In this document: piece after piece, positions 9,115 to 20,640 of the stretch
How the letters are laid out: each line of letters begins with the position of its first letter
How positions within the stretch are numbered: the stretch's first letter is position 1
Notes under the pieces: model-generated
The model's database searches: none
What the model was told of the DNA's origin: nothing
The model's input: only the letters and a program-made list of their open reading frames with translations
DNA from: Candidatus Poribacteria bacterium
GTDB taxonomy: Bacteria > Poribacteria > WGA-4E > WGA-3G
Direction of reading: 5' to 3'
Assembly: GCA_965242965.1 (NCBI GenBank)
Contig: OZ251518.1
Location: 3,456,001 to 3,520,000, forward strand
DNA: 64,000 bases
Position numbers and translations under genes: made by a program

Positions 9115-10338
9115 TTATCGAACGCCTCGCGAACAACAAAAGAGCGGTGTAGCTTCGCTGCGGATGCAAAGATTCAATTCCTCTCTGGCCGCGTCAAGCC
9201 GCTTTTGCGCGCGTGCCACCGCCGCGTCTGCCTCCCTTCGTGCATCCCGGTGACGTTTCGCGCCGCCTACCCCGCCGCCTACCCCGCCGTTTATCACGCC
9301 GATGGCAAAACCGGTGATAGCACCGGCCGCAGTCCCCATCCCTGGAGCGACGCTACCTACGACGGCACCTATTCCCGCGCCCAAAATGCCATTCGCAACC
9401 ATACCTACAGTCATGTCGGTTGATATAGCACTCATATAGTCGCGCGCTCGGATGCTTTCACGATTCGCGTCTGCGGCGTTGATTTGTTCCGCTCTATGCG
9501 CCACCACGCGCAGATCGTAGCCGCAGGGACTTTCGTCATGGTGACGGTGTGCATGGTGATGATGTGCGTTCGCTTTGAAAACAGGGAGTTCGTTAAACTC
9601 CTTTCGTTCCCGCAGAATCACCTCTTTTTCAATCGCCAATTCACGTTTGACGATTTTATAGGCTTCGTAGGGGTTAAGGAGTTTCCGGGAGTTTCGATGA
9701 ACCAGTTCAGGTGTCGTCGTGTTGATGGACCGGTCGAGCGCATTAAAAAAGTCATCGACATCTTCCGCCGAATGGGTTTTCAAGGCTTCTCGCCGCGCAA
9801 ATTTCAGTTGTTCAGGTGACAGTAGTCCCCATGTCTTGAGCATGAGCGCGGTTTCGTCCTCGCTGGCAGCGAGACTGGCCACGGTATTGGCGCGGGATTT
9901 TTCGTAATAGGCAGTCTCCCTTTCATCGAGTCTCTTTCTCCGAATGAGCCAATGCTTAACCTCTTCGGGGATGTCGTCGGCATCTCTTATCTGTTCAGCT
10001 GTCCAGCCATAGAGGATGCCCCAATAGTTTTTCGGTGGCCCGGGCGCGTCGTAGAGCGCAAGGGCATCCGCTCCTTCAACAGTTTCAGTTTCGATCTTAT
10101 CCCCTGTTTCTGTCTCAAAAACCACCCTCGCATTCTTGAGTGCTTGCCTGCGTTCGTATTCGGCGACAACGGCAGCCCTATTTGTCCGCTTTATGACTTC
10201 AACTTCTTGTGCGTGTCTCTTTTCCTCGCGTGGCACCGTGACAAGATCCGTGCAAAGATAATTTGCCATCCCCGCAACGAAACTACAGATTGTGATGATG
10301 CGTATCACTGGGTTTTTCCAGAAGATGTTGAGAATCAT
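9115..10338 (-). CDS. Hypothetical protein: N-terminal TM, coiled coil, His-rich linker, C-terminal glycine zipper
   Basis: 407-aa ORF with HHHHAHRHH and GILGAGIGAVVGSVAPGMGTAAGAITG. The stop codon lies in a family-D repeat end. Confidence 0.7.
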   Translation of the reverse strand: MILNIFWKNPVIRIITICSFVAGMANYLCTDLVTVPREEKRHAQEVEVIKRTNRAAVVAEYERRQALKNARVVFETETGDKIETETVEGADALALYDAPGPPKNYWGILYGWTAEQIRDADDIPEEVKHWLIRRKRLDERETAYYEKSRANTVASLAASEDETALMLKTWGLLSPEQLKFARREALKTHSAEDVDDFFNALDRSINTTTPELVHRNSRKLLNPYEAYKIVKRELAIEKEVILRERKEFNELPVFKANAHHHHAHRHHDESPCGYDLRVVAHRAEQINAADANRESIRARDYMSAISTDMTVGMVANGILGAGIGAVVGSVAPGMGTAAGAITGFAIGVINGGVGGGVGGAKRHRDARREADAAVARAQKRLDAAREELNLCIRSEATPLFCCSRGVR

Positions 10339-10356
10339 GACGCTATTTTCTCATAA

Positions 10357-11595
10357 CTACGTGTCCGATGCCAAATAGGGCGCGAGCGCAACCTCTACCG
10401 GATGCACCTTCGGAAACCATCCCACGATCTTCCGCAGCACTTCGTCTAATAAGACATCCGGACAGGAGGCACCAGCAGTGAGGACGATGTCTATGACGTT
10501 ATCAAAACCCGGCAACCAATTCTCCGTCACCTCCACCCGCTTTGTCTCCAGCACCAAATGTCGGATGCGCCTCGGATTCAGCAACTCCGTCGCATCTCGG
10601 ATAAAATAAGTCGGCAATTTTTGCGCACAGAGCTCCACCAGATGACTCGTATTAGAAGAATTATAGCCGCCGACAACCACAGCCACATCCCCACCTTCCG
10701 CAATCAGCGCGAGCGTCGCATCCTGATTCTCCTTCGTCGCATAGCAGAGCGTATCCTTAGTATCCGCAAAATGCGCCGTGAGATTCTCCTCACCGTAGCG
10801 CGCTGTAATCGCATCGCGCAGCAGATCAGCGATAGCCTGTGTCTCCGTCGCAAGCATCGTCGTCTGGTTCACAACCCCAATGCGCCTCAGATGCACATCC
10901 GGATGGAAACCCGGCGAATACCTGTCCACGAAGTTATCAAAGAAAAAGCGCGCGTCCGCCTCGCCACGAATCACCCCAGCCAACTTCTCCGCCTCCCCCA
11001 AATCCCGCACCACGACAACCGGTGCCTCCGCCTGCGCATGCGAAAACGTCGCACGCGTCTCCTCATGATACCGCTTACCGTGGACAACCACCGTGTAGTC
11101 CTGCCTGCCAATCTCTTGGCTCCGCTTCCAAACCTTCTCCACGAACGGACAAGTCGTATTGTAGGCAGAAAGTTTCACGCCGCGCGCCTGCAGTGCCGCC
11201 TCCACTTCTAACGTCGTCCCAAACGCCGGAACGATGACAACATCTGCCGGCGTTAACACATCAAACGGGAGTAACGGCTTGCCCTCCGTATCCGACAAGA
11301 ACTGCACACCGCGGTGCCGCAAATTCTCGTTCACACGCGGGTTATGGATGATTTCCGAGAGCAAGAAAATCCGTTTGTCCGGATTCTCTTCAAGAGCCTG
11401 ATAGGCTATCTCAACCGCATTCTCCACGCCGTAACAAAACCCGAAATGACGCGCAATCTTAAACCGCACCGGCCCGAAGTCCAGCACCGATGGCGACAAA
11501 TCGCGCTTACGCGCATCGCGATGCCGACGCGCCTCTTTCACAACCGAAATCACCGGACTCTGATAAAAATGAGGGAGATTAAACGTTCTTGGCAT
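10357..11595 (-). CDS. ispH: 4-hydroxy-3-methylbut-2-enyl diphosphate reductase
   Basis: GFCYGV, IIHNP, TTCPFV, NQTT, DTLCYAT, SSNT, TAGASCP. Confidence 0.95.
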   Translation of the reverse strand: MPRTFNLPHFYQSPVISVVKEARRHRDARKRDLSPSVLDFGPVRFKIARHFGFCYGVENAVEIAYQALEENPDKRIFLLSEIIHNPRVNENLRHRGVQFLSDTEGKPLLPFDVLTPADVVIVPAFGTTLEVEAALQARGVKLSAYNTTCPFVEKVWKRSQEIGRQDYTVVVHGKRYHEETRATFSHAQAEAPVVVVRDLGEAEKLAGVIRGEADARFFFDNFVDRYSPGFHPDVHLRRIGVVNQTTMLATETQAIADLLRDAITARYGEENLTAHFADTKDTLCYATKENQDATLALIAEGGDVAVVVGGYNSSNTSHLVELCAQKLPTYFIRDATELLNPRRIRHLVLETKRVEVTENWLPGFDNVIDIVLTAGASCPDVLLDEVLRKIVGWFPKVHPVEVALAPYLASDT

Positions 11596-11613
11596 TCTTT
11601 ATCTCATCTAAAC

Positions 11614-11760
11614 GAGGGTGTTTCATAACTCCGTTTCGGTATCTATCCCCTTGGGGGATGGGCGAATACCGATAAAAAAAGGCATTGGGCCCACCTCTGT
11701 AGTTCGAGATCGCCCGATCTCGAACGGTTCAGGATCAGGCGATCCTGAACTACAGGGGGG
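11614..11760. mobile_element. Family E left end with internal hairpins (partial element)
   Basis: GAGGGTGTTTCATAACTCCGTTTCGGTAT is shared with 35741 and, inverted, with 62900-62928. Confidence 0.7.
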
Positions 11761-11799
11761 ATGCAGTCTGACAGCCAAACGCGATCTCAAAAGCCGCAT

Positions 11800-13221
11800 C
11801 TAAACCGTATCTCCGATGTCGTTTTCCACCAAACCCCAATCCGGTTCCGCCTCCGGATCCCCAAGGGCACCATAGGCATTACGCACAACGCGACGTTGCG
11901 CATCAAACCAATCCGTATACTGCGTCGCCGGTTGCAAAGTGTCGTTTCGGGCCGCCATTAATCGCGCGAGCTCCCCTTCCAATTCAGCCGCCAATGGCTG
12001 TGTTTCAGGGCACTCTATCAGATTCGTCAATTGCAACGGATCCGCCGCAATATCATACAGCACCCGTTTTCCATCAAGCCACCGCGCATAACTGTGCGTC
12101 TTCGTGCGCACGCCGCGCCATTCGTCGCCATCGACAAGATAATCGTAAGTCGCCCCGAAATTCATCGTCAAGACAGCCTCCTGCTCCATTGCCCCCGTTT
12201 CCCCGCGCCACGATGCAGACACATCAAAACCCTCCACCGTCCGTGGCGGCTGAATACCGCAGAGCCCACAGAGCGACGGAAACAAATCTACCGGAGAAGT
12301 CAGCGTTTCACATGTCCGGCCGCCCTCAAACACCCCGGGCAACCGCATGATGAGCGGCACCTTGATAGACTCCTCGTAAGGCTGCTTCTTCGCCCAGAAG
12401 TGATGCCCCTGCGCGCCGCCCTGCGTCCCGTGGTCTGCCCCAAAAACAAGCAACGTATTCTCCACGCGCCCGGTCCGCTCCAGATACGCCATCAACTCGC
12501 CGAGCATGTCATCGACAGCCAAAATCATCGCCAGATAATGCCGATAGAGCCCCACCGACACCTCCCGAAGTGCATCCGGAACGTTCGCCGGCAGATGCAG
12601 TGCCGCAGGAAGTCTATCGTAATACGCCAGCGGCGCAAACTCATAAGGCGTGAAATGCGCCTGATGCGGCGAGAGAAACAAGCAAAACGGCGTATCCTCG
12701 TCCACGCCGTCCATAAACTCAAAAGCATAACGGTTGAGCGCGTCTGTCTCATAGCCATCCCAGCGTTCGTTACGCCAGCCGTCAAGATTCACCTTTCCAT
12801 TGAAATAATCCGTATGGAAATTATAGCCGCGCCAATGCTCAAAACCGAGCCGGTCGCGCCCTTCCGGCACGTAGTCCCCACCGCCGATTTCCGGAAACGA
12901 ACCCGTGTGCAGATGCCACTTGCCAATCCACGCCGTCCGATAGCCGTTGCCGCGGAACACATCCCCAATGCCGATTTCATCGTGCCGGGTCTTCACGAAA
13001 TTAATCAGATGCCCCGTCGTTTGCGGATGCCGGCCCGTCAGCAGCATCGAACGGTAAGGCGTGCAGACCGGCACCGTCGCAATCGCATTGGAAAAGACGG
13101 TGCCTTGCCGAGCCAGCCTGTCAATGTTCGGTGTCTCAATCTGTTTCTCGCCGTAGACAGGGAGAGAACACGCCCGCACCTGGTCTGCCAGTAAATAGAC
13201 AATGTTCGGCGTTTGCTGCAT
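11800..13221 (-). CDS. Formylglycine-dependent sulfatase
   Basis: PNIVYLLADQ, CTPYRSMLLTGR (CxPxR), GKWHL, DHG. ATG at 13221 with GAGG RBS. Confidence 0.92.
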   Translation of the reverse strand: MQQTPNIVYLLADQVRACSLPVYGEKQIETPNIDRLARQGTVFSNAIATVPVCTPYRSMLLTGRHPQTTGHLINFVKTRHDEIGIGDVFRGNGYRTAWIGKWHLHTGSFPEIGGGDYVPEGRDRLGFEHWRGYNFHTDYFNGKVNLDGWRNERWDGYETDALNRYAFEFMDGVDEDTPFCLFLSPHQAHFTPYEFAPLAYYDRLPAALHLPANVPDALREVSVGLYRHYLAMILAVDDMLGELMAYLERTGRVENTLLVFGADHGTQGGAQGHHFWAKKQPYEESIKVPLIMRLPGVFEGGRTCETLTSPVDLFPSLCGLCGIQPPRTVEGFDVSASWRGETGAMEQEAVLTMNFGATYDYLVDGDEWRGVRTKTHSYARWLDGKRVLYDIAADPLQLTNLIECPETQPLAAELEGELARLMAARNDTLQPATQYTDWFDAQRRVVRNAYGALGDPEAEPDWGLVENDIGDTV

Positions 13222-13235
13222 GCTGTTTTCCTCCG

Positions 13236-13370
13236 CTACGCACTGATGACTTTGCGGCCCTTCGCCCGTCTGCGCGCGATAGTTTTTCTGCCCAACCGTG
13301 TGGACATCCGCTTCCGGAAACCCATCTTGTTCTTCCGTTTCCGCCGATGCGGTTGATAAGTTCGCTTCAT
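13236..13370 (-). CDS. rpmH: 50S ribosomal protein L34
   Basis: Manual translation [44 protein letters not shown]. Divergent from dnaA and too short for the ORF track. Confidence 0.97.
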   Translation of the reverse strand: MKRTYQPHRRKRKNKMGFRKRMSTRLGRKTIARRRAKGRKVISA

Positions 13371-13424
13371 AAGTCACATTCCTTTCTAGTTGTGAGAATT
13401 CATTTCATAAGATGCTATTAAGAA

Positions 13425-13453
13425 ATTATACCCTATTTTTCCTAATTTGTCAA
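13425..13453 (-). promoter_or_regulatory. sigma70 promoter for rpmH-sulfatase
   Basis: Minus strand reads TTGACA-17 nt-TATAAT, a perfect consensus. Confidence 0.85.
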
Positions 13454-13490
13454 ATTTTTTTATGAATTTGGCGCGAGAAGATTTTTCTTC

Positions 13491-13605
13491 TTGACAAAAT
13501 ATCGGTTTTTATGCATAATAGAGACATGCAAATTGTCCATCAATTTCGCGGACAAAAAATGTCTACGAAATGTTATTTGCTATTCTTTGAGAAAAATGAT
13601 ATAAT
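13491..13605 (+). promoter_or_regulatory. Two tandem sigma70 promoters for dnaA
   Basis: TTGACA-17-CATAAT at 13491-13519 and TTGCTA-17-TATAAT with TG extension at 13577-13605. Confidence 0.7.
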
Positions 13606-13610
13606 TAAAT

Positions 13611-13904
13611 GAGAGTGTTTCATATTTCGATGCGTTCGGTAGGAAAAACCTCGGGGCTCAATTTCCGGTAGGAGAGACCTCCTGGTCTCGATGTGCCCGT
13701 AGCGCGGGGCCCCTCGGATGCCACACGCGCATCCGAGCGGGTTTCACCCGCGCGCGTTGGAGTGCACAGACGATGGCGAGGGACAGGCCCTCGCCCTACG
13801 ATGAAGGGGCAGCGTTTTTTTCACCGGCGCGCGGGGCCCTCGGATGCCACACGCGCACCCGAGCGGGTTTCACCGCAACGTTGCGCGATTTATGAAACAC
13901 CCTC
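13611..13904. mobile_element. MITE-like element (family E) with 8-bp TSD in the dnaA leader
   Basis: GAGAGTGTTTCATA...TTATGAAACACCCTC, flanked by AATTAAAT at 13603-13610 and 13905-13912. Confidence 0.85.
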
Positions 13905-13940
13905 AATTAAATCTCAGGCACAATTGTAGGATATAGGCTC

Positions 13941-15302
13941 ATGCGGGAACGAACCCTTGATGAACTCTGGTCAGAAATATTCGCAGCGTTAGACGAAGCG
14001 GCTCAACACGATGTCTATCTGCGGCAAGCGACACCTCTCTCCTTGACAGCGGATGCGTTGACACTCGCGGTCCCGTCCGCGTTCGCCCAGGCCCGGATTG
14101 AGGAGCGGTTTCGCGCCGATATCCATCGGGCGTTAGCCGAGCACTTCGGCAATCCCGCGTGCACCCTCGCTTTTACCGTTGCACCGGCAGGTGAAACGGC
14201 GGATGCACCGGATGCACCTGCACAGGAGGCTACCGCGGACTCAACGCAACCGCCACACGGCCAGAGCGGGTTGAACCCCAACTACGTCTTCGACCGGTTT
14301 GTTGTCGGCTCCAGCAACCGCGTCTGCCACGCCACCGCCCTCGCCGTCTCCGAAAACCCCGGCGGCGACTATAATCCGCTCTTCATCTACGGCGGTGTCG
14401 GCCTCGGCAAAACACACCTCCTTCACGCCATCGGCAACCGCTTCTCGCACCGCCGACCGGAGAAGAAGGTGCTTTACGTCACCTCCGAAACGTTCATGAA
14501 CGAATACGTCGAATCCATTGTCAACCGCACCGCCGCGCAGGGATTCCGAACCAAATACCGCAAAGTCGATATGCTCCTCATCGACGACATTCAATTCCTA
14601 CAACGCAAAGAGGGCACACAAGAGGAGTTCTTTAACACCTTCAACGAACTGCACATGAACTCTAACCAGATTGTCATGAGCAGCGACCGGCCCCCGGACA
14701 CCCTTGAAACCCTCGAAGAACGATTACAGTCCCGCTTTGGATGGGGGATGGTAGCCGAGATTGACAGACCGCAATACGAAATGCGCGTCGCCATCCTCCT
14801 CCAGAAATGCCAAGACCAGGGGTTAGACAACATCGACGATGAAGTGCTGAGCTACATCGCCGAGGTAGTCACCACTAACATTCGCGAACTCGAAGGCACG
14901 CTCATCCGCCTCATCGCGCAAGCCACGATTATGAAAGAGGACATCAGCCTCGCCTTCGCGCGAAGCGTGTTGAGCGAGGCATCCACCGCACCCGCCTCAC
15001 TCACACCCGCGCCCCGAACCATCACCGCCGAAGGCGTTCAAAAAGTCGTCGCCGAACACTTCGGTGTCACACTCACAGATTTGCTCTCGCCCAAGCGGAC
15101 GAGAGCCCTCGCCCTCGCCCGGCGAACCGCCATGTATCTGTGCCGCGAATTGACACCCCTGTCACTCACCAGCATCGCCGAGGTGTTCCAACGGCGGGAC
15201 CACACCACCGTCATGAACGCTTGCCGACAGATGGAGAAGGCACTTGATAGTGAGGAGGAACTGAAACAAATCGTTGACATACTACGCCGACAACTCCGAT
15301 AA
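13941..15302 (+). CDS. dnaA: Chromosomal replication initiator
   Basis: YNPLFIYGGVGLGKTHL, LLIDDIQF, QEEFFNTFNEL, RLQSRF, NIRELEG, RDHTTV. Confidence 0.98.
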   Translation: MRERTLDELWSEIFAALDEAAQHDVYLRQATPLSLTADALTLAVPSAFAQARIEERFRADIHRALAEHFGNPACTLAFTVAPAGETADAPDAPAQEATADSTQPPHGQSGLNPNYVFDRFVVGSSNRVCHATALAVSENPGGDYNPLFIYGGVGLGKTHLLHAIGNRFSHRRPEKKVLYVTSETFMNEYVESIVNRTAAQGFRTKYRKVDMLLIDDIQFLQRKEGTQEEFFNTFNELHMNSNQIVMSSDRPPDTLETLEERLQSRFGWGMVAEIDRPQYEMRVAILLQKCQDQGLDNIDDEVLSYIAEVVTTNIRELEGTLIRLIAQATIMKEDISLAFARSVLSEASTAPASLTPAPRTITAEGVQKVVAEHFGVTLTDLLSPKRTRALALARRTAMYLCRELTPLSLTSIAEVFQRRDHTTVMNACRQMEKALDSEEELKQIVDILRRQLR

Positions 15303-15384
15303 TGGAAAACACGAACGTCTCTCTCCGTAATGTCCATATCGACGTTGTCCACTACATGAGGAAGTGAGAAATCGGCAAAAATGT

Positions 15385-15660
15385 GTATGTCTATAACCTG
15401 TGCATAACCTGTGCATAACTCTGTTAACTCCCTGTGCATAACTTGTGCATAACTTGTGCATAACTTGTTTATATCAGGGGGATGTTGATAACCTGTGGAT
15501 AACTCAAAAAGTTATGCACAGGTTATCAACAGCGATTTTGCCGAATGTATCAGGGGTTTAAGCGAGTTATGCACTTATGCACATCCCCTACTACTACTAC
15601 TAAGTACAATTTATATATTAATTGTAATTAGTACTAATAATAGACATGTGCATAACTTCA
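15385..15660. promoter_or_regulatory. Replication origin oriC
   Basis: About 13 DnaA-box-like 9-mers (mostly TTATGCACA; canonical TGTGGATAA at 15494), then CCCC + (TAC)n DnaA-trios at 15585-15602 and an AT-rich tract. Confidence 0.92.
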
Positions 15661-15714
15661 TCATTTTAGGAATTGACGATTGATCAGGAATTGCAGGTTG
15701 GAGCTCAGAAACAG

Positions 15715-17016
15715 TTGAAACTCACAAACCTCGTCTTACGCAACTTTCGGAACTATACCGCGTGTGACATCGGTTTTCCGCGGCAGGTGACGCTGATTCT
15801 CGGCGGGAACGCACAAGGGAAAACGAGTCTGTTGGAAGCCATCTATTTCCTCTGCACCGCCGAATCGCATCGCGCGTCGCCGGACGCAGAACTGATTCGG
15901 TATCATGCCGAGGGCTTCTATCTCAAGGGACTCCTAAACCCTAACGGCGATGAAAACGAAAACGCCGATGAGGTGTCCCTGTGCCTCGAAGCCACCAAAT
16001 GGGCAGCCGGACAGTTCAAACTCAAAAAGAACGGTGTGCTACAGACAAAACGCTCGGCGTGGCTTGGACAATTCAACGTCGTCTTTTTCGCACCGGAGTC
16101 ACTCACGCTGGTGAAAGGCGCGCCGATGGAACGCCGGCGATTCCTCGATCTGCTCATCTCGCAGGTAGACAAAAACTACCTGTCCGATTTGCAAGCCTAT
16201 CGCGGCGTTCTCAAACAGCGGAATGAACTGCTCAAACAGTTTCGCACCCAGAGCCGTAGTCGCGGCGGCCGCCGAGAGACAGCGCAACTCGGCGTGTGGG
16301 ACGAACTGCTCGTTGAAAGCGGCACCGCGATTATTGTCAAACGCCTAGAGGTGCTACAACAACTGAAACGTTACGCCTTACAAAAACAGATGTCACTCAC
16401 AGGCGGACGCGAAACGCTCATCTTGACATATCAGCCCGCATGGCAGCCAGCGACGAAGCCAGTTGACATTGACAGTGACAGTGACGACGACGAAGCCGCT
16501 AGGACCACGGTTTCCCCGTATACGGCGAATTCGGAGACGCGAGAAAAGCGATGCACCGCCATGAAAAACAGCGCGCAAGTTTGCACCACATTCCGCGAGA
16601 CATTACACCAGGCTCGTGAGACAGACTTACGCCGCGGCACGACTACCGTCGGCCCGCATCGTGACGATGTCCTCATGGAATTAGAGACAGAACGCCAGGG
16701 GTTTCTCATCCGAGAACGCGCGCGCGCCTACGGCTCGCAAGGACAGCAACGCACCATCGCACTCGCACTCAAATTAGCAGAAGTCGAACTCATTCGCCAG
16801 ACGACCGGCACGCCACCGCTCGTCCTGTTAGACGATGTCGTCTCCGAACTTGATGAGAAGCGGACGGTGTTCCTGTTAGATGTCCTCCAACAGGTGAACG
16901 CGCAGACGTTTATCACCGCCACGCAGCAAGCAAGCCTCTTGAACTATCTTGAGCGGCCCGCCGTTTTCACCGTCGAGAACGGACAGGTTTTTTGTTGTTC
17001 GCAAGGCGTTCGATAA
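15715..17016 (+). CDS. recF: DNA replication/repair protein RecF
   Basis: LRNFRNY, GGNAQGKTSLLEAI, RRRFLD, GPHRDD, SQGQQR, LLDDVVSELD. Start TTG at 15715 or 15673. Confidence 0.95.
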   Translation: MKLTNLVLRNFRNYTACDIGFPRQVTLILGGNAQGKTSLLEAIYFLCTAESHRASPDAELIRYHAEGFYLKGLLNPNGDENENADEVSLCLEATKWAAGQFKLKKNGVLQTKRSAWLGQFNVVFFAPESLTLVKGAPMERRRFLDLLISQVDKNYLSDLQAYRGVLKQRNELLKQFRTQSRSRGGRRETAQLGVWDELLVESGTAIIVKRLEVLQQLKRYALQKQMSLTGGRETLILTYQPAWQPATKPVDIDSDSDDDEAARTTVSPYTANSETREKRCTAMKNSAQVCTTFRETLHQARETDLRRGTTTVGPHRDDVLMELETERQGFLIRERARAYGSQGQQRTIALALKLAEVELIRQTTGTPPLVLLDDVVSELDEKRTVFLLDVLQQVNAQTFITATQQASLLNYLERPAVFTVENGQVFCCSQGVR

Positions 17017-17130
17017 CGTGGGTTGGTGCACGAACGTCTTTCTACGTAGATGCGCAATCAACGTTGTTGATTGCTTGTGGTCTGGTGCTAATTCTTGTCA
17101 CTGGAGGTTATCGTGTCGCGAACAACAAAA
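16990..17130. mobile_element. Family D MITE-like repeat overlapping the recF stop and dciA start
   Basis: TTGTTGTTCGCAAGGCGTTCGATAA...TGGTCTGGTGCTAATTCTTG...CGCGAACAACAAAA. Confidence 0.75.
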
Positions 17131-17643
17131 AACACAAAAAACACTGGAAACACAAAGAACGTTAACGAGGTGCTCACCACAATTGTCCGTCAACGACACT
17201 TTGAGGACAAGTTACACGAACAGAAAGTCTTTTCACTCTGGCGCGACGTTGTCGGCGAAGCACTCGCCAACCACGCGCGCCCGACATCGCTTTCAGCCGG
17301 TATCCTCACCGTCTGGACAGAGCATCCCGCCTATCAGACGGAGTTATCACTACTCCAGATGAAGATTCTGGCGGAACTGAACGCCCAGCTCGGACATACC
17401 GTCGTCAAGACGCTGCGGCTTGAACTGCGCCCGGGACAAGTGTCAGGGCCTGCTTTGAGAGAGGGCGCAACCTTGACGAAGCAGAATTCTCAAAACAGAA
17501 TGCCGCGGCCGAAACGCGCATTAACGGCCGAGACGCTAACGCAAGTTGAACTCTCTGTCGCTGGCATCACAGATGAAGCATTGAAGGATGCATTGCGGCG
17601 ACTCTTTGTGACGCAGTGTCAAGAAGAAGAATCGCCGCGCTAA
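17113..17643 (+). CDS. DUF721/DciA-family protein
   Basis: W-x3-VG...ARP...GILTV...ELSL pattern. Sits between recF and gyrB. GTG start with GGAGG RBS. Confidence 0.8.
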   Translation: MSRTTKNTKNTGNTKNVNEVLTTIVRQRHFEDKLHEQKVFSLWRDVVGEALANHARPTSLSAGILTVWTEHPAYQTELSLLQMKILAELNAQLGHTVVKTLRLELRPGQVSGPALREGATLTKQNSQNRMPRPKRALTAETLTQVELSVAGITDEALKDALRRLFVTQCQEEESPR

Positions 17644-17756
17644 CACTACGCTAACACCAGCGGATAGAGACATCCGACAGAAGAACTGGGCAGCAGGGCG
17701 CAGTTTTCCACGTTTTTCCACTACCTGTCAGATAGTGATAAGGTAAAATATACTAA

Positions 17757-20336
<2,580 letters not shown>

Positions 20337-20468
20337 TCGTTCGCAAGGCGTTCGGCGTGAGTGCTTGGTGTGATAACGTCTCTCTACGTAAGCCGTCATT
20401 GACGTTGTCAATGACTCGGTTTTTGATAGACGTTCTTGCACCAGCACTGCCTATTGAACGCTTTGCAA
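20337..20468. repeat. Family D copy between gyrB and gyrA
   Basis: GTTCGCAAGGCGTTCG...AACGTCTCTCTACGTAAGCCGTCATTGACGTTGTCAATGAC...GAACGCTTTGC. Confidence 0.7.
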
Positions 20469-20626
20469 GGAGCAGGATTTACAAGATTGAGCAGGATTTG
20501 CACGATTTCCAGGATTTCACAGGATTAGGTTTCCGATTAACCGAGAACGTCTTGAATATCCCCACGGTTTAGGTGCATCAGAGACCTGAATCTTGCTAAT
20601 CTTGATAAATCGTGAAAATCCTGCTC
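20469..20626. repeat. Family C fold-back of ~9-nt units
   Basis: GAGCAGGATTT/AAGATT arm, a core, then an inverted AATCTTG/AATCCTGCTC arm. Confidence 0.8.
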
Positions 20627-20640
20627 AAAAAGGAGGAAAA

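Noticed and set aside
13222-13377. N-terminal extension of the sulfatase to 13377
   Set aside because: This region encodes rpmH in another frame, and the sulfatase has its own RBS and ATG at 13221.
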